Assembly: GCA_018664485.1 (NCBI GenBank)
Contig: JABJOE010000007.1
Span: 68,353-132,352, forward strand
Source of the DNA: Candidatus Uhrbacteria bacterium
GTDB lineage: Bacteria > Patescibacteriota > Patescibacteriia > UBA9934
DNA: 64,000 nucleotides
Direction of reading: 5' to 3'
Made by a program: the position numbers and the translations under genes. Below the pieces are notes generated by a model. That model had not been told where the DNA came from. It saw nothing but the letters and a program-made list of their open reading frames with translations, and did no database searches. Position 1 is the first letter of the stretch; each line of letters starts with the position of its first letter. This document shows positions 1 through 8,975 of this stretch, in pieces.

Positions 1-1350
1 ACCTGCAGGGTACTCATCCAAAAGTGAACGGTCTAAATCTCCGTACAGTACCAGGGCAAGTGACCGAGGAATTGGTGTCGCTGTCATTGAAAGCAAGTGA
101 GGGATTCCGTCAGCGTCTCCTTTTCTGTCTTTAAGCGCCTGCCGCTGCTTCACACCGAAGCGATGCTGCTCATCGACAACGATCAAACCAAGACGGTTAA
201 ACAACACATCTGCCGATAAAATAGCGTGAGTTCCAATCACAAGATCGATCTTCCCATTATGCAGAGCGTCCAGCATTTGAGATTTTGTAACCTCCTTCCC
301 TTTCACTCGACGTTTTGTCCGAGTAAATACGGCGATAGTTAAACGATCACCAAATAATTTTTCCAAAGTATTAACATGTTGTTCAGCTAAAATCTCAGTT
401 GGAGCCAGCAACGCTGACTGCCACCCATCTGCCGCAGCGTTAAGCGCCACGAGTGCCGCAACGACAGTCTTACCAGTTCCAACATCACCCTCAAGCAGGC
501 GGTTCATCGGCTCATCCTTCTCCATGTCCTGAATAATCGCCCACACAGACTTGCGCTGCGCATCCGTCAGTTCAAATGGCAAATCTTTAACTGCCTTCTT
601 TAATTTTGCATCACTGTATTTAATTGCAGGAGCAACCTGTCGTTTCAACTCGCGACGAGCCTTAGCGTGCAGTAGCTGGTGTAAGAAAAACTCATCAAAT
701 TTAAGTCGCTCCAAAGCCTCTTCCTGATCCTTCGTTGAATCTGGAAAGTGAATATCTGAAAGTGCTCGATCAAGATCAACAAGCTTGTGACGTTTTAAAA
801 TCTCTTTTGGAAGCCAGTCTTTGATCTCATCAATACTCTTCATTGCACTTTCAACCACCTGACGTCGTAGCTTCTGTGTGAGAGCACCTGCAAGTGAGTA
901 AATCGGAACGATCCTACCTGTGTGTTGTGTCACCTTACTGTCACCAACAACTTCATATGCAGGGTTTACAAGAGACAGTCCGTAACGGTCATCAATCTTT
1001 CCCGAAAGAGAAACCAAAGTTCCAGTACGAAGTGTTTTTGTGAGGAACCCTTGATGGAACCAAATAACTTTTATAGAACCTGTACCGTCCTCCACAATTG
1101 CTTCCGTCACAATCATTCTTCGGCTCTTTGCACTTTTCCTGTTAGCGATAGACCCTATACGTCCACGGATCGTTACCTTCTGCCCAGGTTTAAGCTCGGC
1201 TATAGGTGCTTTCTCGGACAAATCATCATAACGGAAAGGAAAATCAAACAAAGAATCGTATAGCGTGTTTACGCCCATGCGAGAAAAATCGCGAGCCTTT
1301 ACAGCGCCAACGCCTTTGATATATCTAATTTCTTTTCCTAAAGTAGACAT
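1..1350 (-). CDS. recG: ATP-dependent DNA helicase RecG. This is the N-terminal 450 aa, and the gene continues past the window start.
   Basis: Minus-strand translation from the ATG at 1350 gives MSTLGKEIRYIKGVGAVKARDF... The N-terminal wedge region, Walker A (DVGTGKT) and DEQHRFG helicase motif II are typical of RecG. The ORF is open to position 1. Confidence 0.85.
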   Translation of the reverse strand, partial: MSTLGKEIRYIKGVGAVKARDFSRMGVNTLYDSLFDFPFRYDDLSEKAPIAELKPGQKVTIRGRIGSIANRKSAKSRRMIVTEAIVEDGTGSIKVIWFHQGFLTKTLRTGTLVSLSGKIDDRYGLSLVNPAYEVVGDSKVTQHTGRIVPIYSLAGALTQKLRRQVVESAMKSIDEIKDWLPKEILKRHKLVDLDRALSDIHFPDSTKDQEEALERLKFDEFFLHQLLHAKARRELKRQVAPAIKYSDAKLKKAVKDLPFELTDAQRKSVWAIIQDMEKDEPMNRLLEGDVGTGKTVVAALVALNAAADGWQSALLAPTEILAEQHVNTLEKLFGDRLTIAVFTRTKRRVKGKEVTKSQMLDALHNGKIDLVIGTHAILSADVLFNRLGLIVVDEQHRFGVKQRQALKDRKGDADGIPHLLSMTATPIPRSLALVLYGDLDRSLLDEYPAG

Positions 1351-1483
1351 GATCCGGAAGTTTAACTCATTATCGAAAATAAATCAACCTCTTTCTTCTT
1401 TATAAGAAAAAACCAAAGGTTCATATCCGATTTGCTAAAAACAAACCACCCCTCATAACTCAACAACGTTGAATGATAAGGGG

Positions 1484-1560
1484 TGGTGCGCCTGACAGGA
1501 TTCGAACCTATGACTTCCAGCTCCGCAAGCTGACGCTCTATCCAACTGAGCTACAGGCGC
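1484..1560 (-). tRNA. tRNA-Arg (anticodon GCG)
   Basis: It is a 77-nt cloverleaf, GCGCCTGTAGCTCAGTTGGATAGAGCG-TCAGC-TTGCGGA-GCTGG...GGTTCGAATCC...CAGGCGCACCA. The acceptor stem is 7 bp, the T-loop is GTTCGAATC, and CCA is encoded. The anticodon loop TTGCGGA gives GCG. Confidence 0.8.
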
Positions 1561-1774
1561 ATTGTGATGCTCGCTAGCTATTTGACGATCTATCGTATCC
1601 GGTCTCCGCTCCTCAACAACGTACATATAGGTACGTTTTATTTCGGTGCTCAACCGTCAACGCTATATCATTCAAATATCTTCACTCGCTTTTCTTGGTT
1701 CATTCAAATATATGCACTCGATGTCTGGTGAGTATAGATATTTGAATGAAATGTCGCTTATCAGATAGCGAACA

Positions 1775-2317
1775 TCAAAGTTTATACAGTCTCTTCACCA
1801 TATCTGTCAAGGCCTCTTCCTCGCGAGAAAGGTTCTCAAAAGCATACGGTAACAAGCTATCACGCACAGCATTTGGATCCACATCCTCCAGCGGAACAAC
1901 AAGCAGTGGCTGCAATAAATTATTGAAATCTACATACAGTACCTTTACTTCTGGTGGCTCATAGATGATCGAGAAATCCTTGATCATATTAAAATCATAA
2001 TACTCTTCGCCTACAACGATTCCAGAATCTGTAATATGTACATCAATTCGGTCAGGGTGTCGCAAACCGTCAATTAGCATAATTACCCCCATCATCAAAA
2101 CAATAATGGCGAAAAGATAATTAGCTGTTACTACGGAATATACCAGAAGAGCAGCTCCAATAACCCCTGCGGCTATAAACCAATAAATAGAGCGTTCATG
2201 AGGAGGATACTCCCATGTCTGCCAGGAAACCTCGATGTGTCCGGCGTCGACAATATCATCGTCGAATACCTGTTCTTGCTCTTGTGATACATTCTCCATA
2301 TAGAGACAGTATAACAC
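1775..2317 (-). CDS. hypothetical membrane protein (180 aa)
   Basis: Complete ORF with hydrophobic helices (YWFIAAGVIGAALLVYSVVTANYLFAIIVLMMGVIMLI). No recognisable catalytic motif. Confidence 0.5.
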   Translation of the reverse strand: MLYCLYMENVSQEQEQVFDDDIVDAGHIEVSWQTWEYPPHERSIYWFIAAGVIGAALLVYSVVTANYLFAIIVLMMGVIMLIDGLRHPDRIDVHITDSGIVVGEEYYDFNMIKDFSIIYEPPEVKVLYVDFNNLLQPLLVVPLEDVDPNAVRDSLLPYAFENLSREEEALTDMVKRLYKL

Positions 2318-2423
2318 TCAGAACACGGCGTAGACTCGAACAATCCCCAATACAAGCAATTATATGTGACAGCCCTTGATCTTCTTGCCTTTCTGAGCTA
2401 TCCTGTTGACGCTTCTATACAAC

Positions 2424-2513
2424 GGTGGGGTGGCTGAGTGGTCGAAGGCGTTGGTCTTGAAAACCAAAGTATCTTCACGGGTACCGTGGGTTCGAATCCC
2501 ACCCCCACCGCCA
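2424..2513 (+). tRNA. tRNA-Ser (anticodon TGA)
   Basis: 90 nt, GGTGGGGTGGCTGAGTGGTCGAAGGCG-TTGGT-CTTGAAA-ACCAA-long variable arm-GTGGGTTCGAATCCCAC-CCCCACC-G-CCA. The long variable arm is typical of Ser. Confidence 0.85.
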
Positions 2514-2624
2514 GAAAAGATTTCGTCAATTTTGGTGTAATCTTTTCTGGCGGTTTCTGTCAAAGACAGATCCAACGAATATAGTTAGTAAAGTAGAGTA
2601 AAATCTGATTAAGAACAAAAATAC

Positions 2625-2714
<90 letters not shown>

Positions 2715-2777
2715 AAAGCACATCATGAAAATGTTGTGTTTTTGTATTCCAACAAAGTTGGTTCTGGATGTAATCCA

Positions 2778-2847
2778 GGAGGGAGGGATCCTGCCGAGCG
2801 GTTGAGCTTGCTCAAAAGAGCGAGGCAATATACCAACCTCTCCGCCA
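2778..2847 (+). pseudogene. degenerate tRNA-Ser-like remnant lacking a proper variable arm and T-arm
   Basis: GGAGGGAGGGATCCTGCCGAGCGGTTGAGCTTGCTCAAAAGAGCGAGG...CCAACCTCTCCGCCA resembles the D-arm, anticodon arm and 3' acceptor (CCTCTCCGCCA) of the adjacent tRNA-Ser(GCT), but it cannot fold into a full cloverleaf. Confidence 0.35.
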
Positions 2848-2881
2848 TAAAAACGCCAGACCTATTGGTCTGGCGTTTTTA
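2848..2881 (+). terminator. rho-independent terminator hairpin after the tRNA cluster
   Basis: AAAACGCCAGACCtattGGTCTGGCGTTTTT. There is a perfect 11-bp stem with flanking A and T tracts. Confidence 0.65.
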
Positions 2882-3004
2882 TATTGGACAGGAGTAGATG
2901 AAGAACCCTCACAGGTTCAGAGAGTCGAGTAAAGAGAGAGAAGTAGCAAAGTTTATTTTGATACTTCCGAACGAACGCAGCCTCCACCAGTGTCACAGAC
3001 ACTG

Positions 3005-3090
3005 GTGATCCCTCCCTCTCCGCCAAAAAGACAACACTGTACGTGTTGTCTTTTTTTATGCCAACGAAGTTGGTTCTGGATAACATCAAT
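3005..3090 (+). repeat. duplicated module made of the tRNA-Ser(GCT) 3'-end fragment, a terminator hairpin and a CCAACNAAGTTGGTTCTGGAT box
   Basis: The 18-bp ATCCCTCCCTCTCCGCCA is identical to the 3' end of tRNA-Ser(GCT) at 2697-2714. It is followed by AAAAGACAACACtgtacGTGTTGTCTTTTTTT and then ATGCCAACGAAGTTGGTTCTGGATAACATC. This architecture matches 2714-2777, where the box reads TATTCCAACAAAGTTGGTTCTGGATGTAATC. Confidence 0.6.
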
Positions 3091-3172
3091 GCAACCTACG
3101 GCCCTTTACAAAACACTAAATTTCTGACACACTAGTCGCCACAAACTTACATTAACTGGAGAGTGCAATACA

Positions 3173-3496
3173 GTGAAGAAACACATCCTCATCGTTGGGT
3201 ACGAAAATATCCGCTATTGTCTTGCAGACAAGTTGCGGGAAGATGGTCACCACATCAACATTGTCTACAGTGGAATGCATGCACTCGAATATGTACTCGA
3301 GAGTGAACCAGCTGTAATTATCTGCTGCAGAAACGACCCCCCGTTCCTGAGCGCCTCTGGCTTACGAGACGAGCTCCGCGACCACGGACTCTCAACGCCG
3401 ATGATCGTCCTGAACCAAAACCAAGAGTATGCCGTACATGCGCGCGAAACCGATCAAGCAATGTGTGCCTCGATCACCATTTTGCTTGCAGCGTAG
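3173..3496 (+). CDS. degenerate CheY-like receiver-domain protein (pseudo-receiver, 107 aa, GTG start)
   Basis: MKKHILIVGYENIRY...AVIICCRN...PMIVL has the alpha/beta receiver layout, but the acidic pocket (DD) and the phospho-acceptor Asp are replaced by GYE and C/R. Confidence 0.45.
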   Translation: MKKHILIVGYENIRYCLADKLREDGHHINIVYSGMHALEYVLESEPAVIICCRNDPPFLSASGLRDELRDHGLSTPMIVLNQNQEYAVHARETDQAMCASITILLAA

Positions 3497-3613
3497 ACTT
3501 GAGCCCATGCCGTAACGTCGGCGTGGGTTTCCATGTTTTCAACACACCCCACTACATTGACACTCTGACTTAATTCATGCATAATTGCGACGCCTGAAAA
3601 TCCTAGGAGGATT

Positions 3614-4033
3614 ATGACGCAAGCGCAAGTCAAAACATCTGAGGGAACTCCCTCACCTACCCAACCCCCACCACGCCATGTTCTAGTCGTTGACGATGAC
3701 GATGCCGTACGACGAATGCTCGTAGAATTTCTGTGCAGCCAGGGGTACCGTGTCACGGAAGCCCCTGATGGTGAACAAGCACTCGCAATCCTTCTGGAGC
3801 AACCTGGGCAATTCAACGTCGTCTTGTCCGACATACGAATGCCCGTTCTCTGCGGAGCTAGACTACTCACGCAAGTGCGCGAAACTCACTCCCTCACTAT
3901 CCCCTTCATCTTTCTCAGTGGAGGGTGCAGTGATGATCAACGCGATGCAATACAAGAACATCAGGCAACAATGCTTGAAAAACCTTGTAAACTCCGAGAC
4001 ATCGCGACTCACCTACAAGCGGTGGCAGCATAG
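3614..4033 (+). CDS. single-domain response regulator (CheY-like receiver)
   Basis: HVLVVDDDDAVRRMLVEFL...FNVVLSDIRMP...FIFLSGG matches the canonical receiver motifs (the DD pair, the phospho-acceptor D in LSDIRMP, and T/S with K-equivalent positions). An upstream AGGAGG gives a good Shine-Dalgarno sequence. Confidence 0.7.
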   Translation: MTQAQVKTSEGTPSPTQPPPRHVLVVDDDDAVRRMLVEFLCSQGYRVTEAPDGEQALAILLEQPGQFNVVLSDIRMPVLCGARLLTQVRETHSLTIPFIFLSGGCSDDQRDAIQEHQATMLEKPCKLRDIATHLQAVAA

Positions 4034-4084
4034 CCACCCCGTCGAACCCACTCCAGCCCTCGTGCTGCGGGTGGCGTTTTGCAT

Positions 4085-4708
4085 TTACCCTTTAGCTAAA
4101 GTGTAATACCAAACTCTACTGGCTCCTCCTTTATAAATTACCTTAGAGGCTGCGTACATCGTAGATCCCGTAGTCCAAACATCATCTATAAGTAAAACTT
4201 TTTCCTCTTTACGCTGGTTCCTGCTCATAAACGGAGAATCTTTTAAAGACCTTTTTCTTTGAATATTAGACTGCCTTGCCTGCGCCTTTGTATATTTCGC
4301 CCTCACTAAGATAGAACGCATTTCAAGATCCAATTTCACTGCCAGCCATTGCGCTATCTCTTTTGCCTGATCAAAACCTCTGCGATTCTTTTTCACTCTA
4401 TGCAGTGGAACATAGGTCACAACATCAATTCCGGCAGCACCTACAAATGACGACAAAACCGGAATCGCTATTTCCATTTTTTCTTTTAATAAATCCCAAG
4501 CGCTCCAGTCATACGAATACTTCCAAGCACACATCAACGACCGTGCTATCGGATCGGCATACAAAAACGAAAAAACGTGTCGTTTTCCAGACAGGTGAAT
4601 CGGAACATCTAACCAGTCAGAACGGCAATCACCACAAAGCAAACTACCTTCCACCCTACAACCTACGCAAAAGCGCGGGAAAACCGCGCGTACAAAAAAA
4701 GACCTCAT
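4085..4708 (-). CDS. comF: ComF family phosphoribosyltransferase-domain protein (competence protein F-like)
   Basis: It has an N-terminal 4-Cys zinc ribbon (CVGCRVEGSLLCGDCR) and a C-terminal PRTase motif (VLLIDDVWTTGSTM). The length is 207 aa. Confidence 0.75.
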   Translation of the reverse strand: MRSFFVRAVFPRFCVGCRVEGSLLCGDCRSDWLDVPIHLSGKRHVFSFLYADPIARSLMCAWKYSYDWSAWDLLKEKMEIAIPVLSSFVGAAGIDVVTYVPLHRVKKNRRGFDQAKEIAQWLAVKLDLEMRSILVRAKYTKAQARQSNIQRKRSLKDSPFMSRNQRKEEKVLLIDDVWTTGSTMYAASKVIYKGGASRVWYYTLAKG

Positions 4709-4786
4709 ACTCTCTCCAAAGTAAATGAATAATATTCTAAATGAAAATGTACAATGTTAAACACTGACCCCTAAAGCCGGAGCGGT

Positions 4787-5022
4787 CCAAATGTAAATTG
4801 AACGTTCTGATTTGAGGTAAATTTCGGTGCGCGGGTGATAAACGAGGAAACGTACTAATAGTACGTAGACGAAGTTTATCGGGCCCCAAAACAGAAAGTG
4901 TTCCAAGCTAAAGTTGAACGTTTGTATTTGTGATCAATTTCGGTGCGAGGGTGGCAGACGAGGAGACGTACAGATAGTACGGTGACGAAATCTGTCGGGT
5001 CCCACAAGCCGAAAGTGGTTCA
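4787..5022. repeat. two tandem copies of about 118 bp of a hairpin-rich element (candidate structured RNA) in the comF upstream intergenic region
   Basis: Unit A contains ...TTTCGGTGCGCGGGTGATAAACGAGGAAACGTACTAATAGTACGTAGACGAAGTTTATCGGGCCCC..., and unit B contains ...TTTCGGTGCGAGGGTGGCAGACGAGGAGACGTACAGATAGTACGGTGACGAAATCTGTCGGGTCCC... The paired segments GATAAAC/GTTTATC in A change to GCAGAC/ATCTGTC in B with compensating substitutions. An internal CGTAC-loop-GTACG hairpin is conserved. Confidence 0.5.
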
Positions 5023-5044
5023 AATACAAATGTTCAAGCGCGAA

Positions 5045-5599
5045 CTACTCTGCCCAGGTAAAGCTATCCACTAACCATGTATCCCCGCTTGCAATCATAG
5101 CAACCTCAATCTCCTGATAACGAGTCGTTGTGTTTGCCGGGCTATCAATTGACTCCGCTCGCTGTGTTGTAATCAATAAAGTTATAGATGAGTCAGAACT
5201 CGCTACCGTTTCAAATGTAAGCACGGTTGTAGAGACTCCATAATAACTCTCGCTGTCCTGGCCACGTGCACTCTCTGCAATTCCCAACAGACGATCCTGC
5301 AAAGAACTCGTTGCCAAAGCAGAAACTTCATCTATATTGTCATATCCGGATTCGCTCGAAAAACTACCAAAGCGTTCTACGAATACTCGAGCGATCGTCT
5401 CAGGCTGATCGGGTAAATCAGATGTATCAACCGTTTCAACTGGAGTGTCATCATCTTCCCCATCAATCACCTCAATATCATCGTCTTCCCGGATGTTCTC
5501 AATAATTGCCGGACGCATGAAGTACAAGAACAATAATATCCCCAATACTAGCAAAATTAGTACGGCGATAATTATTTCGATTTTATGTTTTCTTTCCAT
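5045..5599 (-). CDS. hypothetical acidic membrane-anchored protein (184 aa). It may be a VirB8-like bitopic component.
   Basis: It has an N-terminal TM helix (IIIAVLILLVLGILLFLYF) and an acidic extracytoplasmic domain. It is the last gene of the T4SS-like operon, immediately 3' of the VirB4-like gene. Confidence 0.5.
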   Translation of the reverse strand: MERKHKIEIIIAVLILLVLGILLFLYFMRPAIIENIREDDDIEVIDGEDDDTPVETVDTSDLPDQPETIARVFVERFGSFSSESGYDNIDEVSALATSSLQDRLLGIAESARGQDSESYYGVSTTVLTFETVASSDSSITLLITTQRAESIDSPANTTTRYQEIEVAMIASGDTWLVDSFTWAE

Positions 5600-5602
5600 A
5601 TT

Positions 5603-7525
5603 CTATTTATTTTCTTGCTTGCCACCGAATGAATCTTCAAACTCTTTGCGCGCTCGCTCGATCTCAAGAAGCTGTTCTGGATTCGTGGTAATAAGCTGAT
5701 CTTCTGTGTACGAAGCGACAACTTTCACAGCAGCATGTTTTGATCCTGCAAAGAATATCCCCTCTCCAACTGATGCCTCCAGCAGAAGGTAGCGCTCACT
5801 TTGAGTAAGGTTAAACGTTTTTGCCACGACATCAATTCCTGCTGGCGACTGCTTCATCAACATCTGCAGTGATGAGTTTGTAACAATCGCTTGCCCGTAC
5901 GCACTCTGCAAAAAGTCATTCACGTCCTGCGTGATCGTCGTTACTCCCAGGTAATATTTACGAGCACGTTTCACAAGAGCGAAAATAAACTTCGCAGAAT
6001 CCTCATGTTGCATGAGCCACCAAGCCTCATCAATCGTCAGCAAACGTTTTTTACGAACAGATCGCACAACATTCCAAATGTAGTTCACAATTGTATAGAT
6101 TGCCATCGGCCGTAGCTCATCTTCCAAATCACGCACAGAGAAAATAACTAACTGGTTATTCATCTGAACCGTTGTCGGCGAGTTCAACAAACCTGAGAAT
6201 GTACCTTCCGTATACTTTCGTAATCGATCTACCAAGTCCCCTGCACCATCCATTCCCTCCAGGATCTCCTGCAGGTCTTGCATGATTGGGTACTCTACGC
6301 CCTTAAGGGACGGAAGGTCCGGTGTAATATCTTTCTTTGCATATGCCTCCAAAATCGCACGATCGAGCGTAGAATCCTCGGCAGGCGTGAACCCTCGAGC
6401 ACCCTTTGAACCCATTGGCTGACCGATCATGATACGGAGTAGTCCCTTAATAGTAATAACAGCAGACCGCAAAATGTCTTCCACAGATGTACCCTCCCCG
6501 ATCGCTCGCGGCAAATCAAATGGGTTGATCTTACTTTCAGACGCAAGTGACACGTTCACGTAAGTACCACCCACAGCATCCGACAACGTGCGGTATTCCA
6601 TCTCCGGGTCAATAACAATGACATCTGACCCCATCATGAGTGAGCGCAGAATCTCCAATTTCACTGTATAACTTTTTCCAGCACCAGACGTCGCAAACAC
6701 AACAGCGTTAGCGTTCTGTAGTGAAAATCGATCAAATAGAATCAAGGAGTTATTGTGACGGTTGATACCATACAAAATCCCAGTGTCGCTCGTAAGATCT
6801 GATGAAATGAACGGGAATGACGACGCAATTGGCGACGTACTCATATTAAACGTAATCATCAGCTCATCATTTCCGATCGGAAGTGTAGAGTTAAACCCTT
6901 GCTCTGACTGATAAAATCCACGTTTCGTGTAAATAAGTTTTGAACCGAAAATTGACTCGATCTCATTACTTCGTCTATCTAGCTCTTCTTTATCGTCAGC
7001 GTAAATAGTAATGTAAAAAGCGAAGTGGAAGAAGTGCTCGATCCCCTGCGTTAGATCGTCTCGCAATTGCTCAACGTCCCGAAGAGCAGTTTCTTGAATA
7101 GGATCACGCGGTGCCCCCTTCTCATTATCAGAAATGATCTGAGCTTCCAAAATTCCAACCTTGTCCTTCAGCTGCTTCAAAATCGCTTCCGCTGGAATTG
7201 GATAGAAGAACATTCCAATGTCGATCGTTCCGTTATAGTTGATGATCGGTGACCCCCAACCGATGTTCACGTAACGAGGATATGTAACGATGAACAATGT
7301 TCTTACGAATTTTCCACCCAAACGTAGAAAGTCCGGATTGATCTGGAACGAAACCGGAGCAATCAAATCACGCACGGCGATTGTACCGCGGCGATAGATG
7401 CGCTCTTCTTCAAGAGTCTTTTTCTGATCGGCTGACGCCAACTGCTCTTGTGTCAGTTTCTTCGGACCTTCGTCCTGAGCCTTCTTTGGCTGATTTTTTT
7501 GAAATTGTTGTATGTCAATTGCCAT
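5603..7525 (-). CDS. virB4: VirB4/TrbE/CagE-family type IV secretion ATPase (640 aa)
   Basis: Walker A VVFATSGAGKSYTVK, Walker B LLTIDEAWWLM, and the N-proximal FIVTYPRYVNIGW motif are typical of Gram-positive VirB4 homologues. Confidence 0.8.
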   Translation of the reverse strand: MAIDIQQFQKNQPKKAQDEGPKKLTQEQLASADQKKTLEEERIYRRGTIAVRDLIAPVSFQINPDFLRLGGKFVRTLFIVTYPRYVNIGWGSPIINYNGTIDIGMFFYPIPAEAILKQLKDKVGILEAQIISDNEKGAPRDPIQETALRDVEQLRDDLTQGIEHFFHFAFYITIYADDKEELDRRSNEIESIFGSKLIYTKRGFYQSEQGFNSTLPIGNDELMITFNMSTSPIASSFPFISSDLTSDTGILYGINRHNNSLILFDRFSLQNANAVVFATSGAGKSYTVKLEILRSLMMGSDVIVIDPEMEYRTLSDAVGGTYVNVSLASESKINPFDLPRAIGEGTSVEDILRSAVITIKGLLRIMIGQPMGSKGARGFTPAEDSTLDRAILEAYAKKDITPDLPSLKGVEYPIMQDLQEILEGMDGAGDLVDRLRKYTEGTFSGLLNSPTTVQMNNQLVIFSVRDLEDELRPMAIYTIVNYIWNVVRSVRKKRLLTIDEAWWLMQHEDSAKFIFALVKRARKYYLGVTTITQDVNDFLQSAYGQAIVTNSSLQMLMKQSPAGIDVVAKTFNLTQSERYLLLEASVGEGIFFAGSKHAAVKVVASYTEDQLITTNPEQLLEIERARKEFEDSFGGKQENK

Positions 7526-7551
7526 ATAAGTACATCTCTACCAAAAAGACA

Positions 7552-8256
7552 TTAAAACCCTTCTTCAACTTGAAGTTCATTTAAATTGACCAGTCTCTGC
7601 GCATCGTAAATATCTGGGTTGTAAACAACGTAATACAACTCGATTAAGCTTTGTGTATCGAGAGCCTGACTCTTTAGACCCATACTCATAAGCCCACCCT
7701 GGATAATACTAACGCGCTGCATCAAATCATGTCGTCGCGTCTTGAACTTCTTCTCATTTAGCTTCACGATCGTAGCTGGCATGATCGCATCTGAAAGCTT
7801 AGACCAGAAGTTTCGCTTTTTGTCTGTAACTGGGTCATATGGAACAACAACGTAAAAGCGCTTCTGCATGATCTCTCCTAAATCTACCAGTTCGTTTACG
7901 AAACTCTTATAGTCACGGATTTGTGCCTTTAAAAGATCGTTATCGATTTCTGCCTCTCGCTTCTTAAGAGCGTCCATATACGCCTCAACATTCATCTTAC
8001 GAGACTGAATCACTACCTGAATTGGATAATCCAAACCATTTAAGAACTGCATGTAAGCTTGTACTGTCGCTTGCTGCTCTTCTTGGGACTTCAATGCAAA
8101 GTTAATACTTGCAACCATTATCACGGCGCGGAGAGTTCCATCCTTCAAAACAACTGTCCCCTCTCTAATTTCTGCAATATCTAAATATCGCTGGGTTGGT
8201 GGCCCAGGTTTCGCTTTGGCAAGCTTCTTTGATTGCATCTCTTGACTCTTTCCCAT
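7552..8256 (-). CDS. hypothetical 234-aa protein, possibly a separately encoded VirB4 N-terminal-like domain
   Basis: IREGTVVLKDGTLRAVIMVASINFALKSQEEQQ resembles the conserved start of the CagE/TrbE/VirB family. It lies 26 nt upstream of the VirB4-like ORF in a different frame. Confidence 0.5.
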   Translation of the reverse strand: MGKSQEMQSKKLAKAKPGPPTQRYLDIAEIREGTVVLKDGTLRAVIMVASINFALKSQEEQQATVQAYMQFLNGLDYPIQVVIQSRKMNVEAYMDALKKREAEIDNDLLKAQIRDYKSFVNELVDLGEIMQKRFYVVVPYDPVTDKKRNFWSKLSDAIMPATIVKLNEKKFKTRRHDLMQRVSIIQGGLMSMGLKSQALDTQSLIELYYVVYNPDIYDAQRLVNLNELQVEEGF

Positions 8257-8261
8257 AAATC

Positions 8262-8699
8262 TTATTCATCAGGGTGATAAACACCACCCGTATTAACTAC
8301 CAACGCAATATCTCCAAGACGTGACTTTTCAATCAGTCTTTTCTTTGGGATAACTGGCGCAGGCTGTTTTACAACTTTTTCTCGAAGTTGAGCTTTCAGC
8401 GTCCGCGTATCAACTGTCTTGTCCCAAACACGAAGCATCGGCTTACGGAAAGTCTGAATCATGTTTAGAGCAATGTAATGAACCGGTCGCCCGTTAACCT
8501 TCACGAAAGCAATGATGATTCCACCAGCAAGTACCGGAACACCCAAAGCTATAATAGCGATAATGCTGAGGAAAATTCTATAAATCAGAAATTCAGCTAA
8601 TACCGTTGCAAGTAAAATCAAAAATTGTCGCGCCGTAATAGGTCCGATAATCTTCGCCTCGGTATCTAAGAATTGTGGGACAACAAATTGCTCTGGCAT
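8262..8699 (-). CDS. VirB3/PrgI-like small membrane protein (145 aa)
   Basis: Two adjacent TM helices (ARQFLILLATVLAEFLIYRIFLSIIAIIALGVPVLAGGIIIAF) and a position immediately upstream of the VirB4-like genes match the Gram-positive T4SS gene order. Confidence 0.5.
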   Translation of the reverse strand: MPEQFVVPQFLDTEAKIIGPITARQFLILLATVLAEFLIYRIFLSIIAIIALGVPVLAGGIIIAFVKVNGRPVHYIALNMIQTFRKPMLRVWDKTVDTRTLKAQLREKVVKQPAPVIPKKRLIEKSRLGDIALVVNTGGVYHPDE

Positions 8700-8975
8700 C
8701 TTTAGAACTTATGCATTTGGACTATTATCGGCTTGCGGATCTTTTATTTCGCCCAACTTAATGGATAAAAGTATCCTGCGAAGCCGGACCAGGCTCTGCC
8801 TGGCGTTTTCTAGCCGACGTCCGCGCACCGAGACTACCCTCAAATGAATCAGTTCTAAACCTTACACCTATATTATAACATTAATACAAATGTCTCGTCT
8901 CGTACCAGGTTTATACATTTGTGGTCAGTTTAAGTGCGTGGGGAAAACCTAAATATTACAAAACCCAAAATCCAA

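Noticed and set aside
922-1263. 113-aa plus-strand ORF
   Set aside because: It lies entirely inside, and antisense to, the well-supported recG reading frame.
1453-1653. 66-aa minus-strand ORF
   Set aside because: It overlaps tRNA-Arg, and its translation simply reads through the tRNA sequence.
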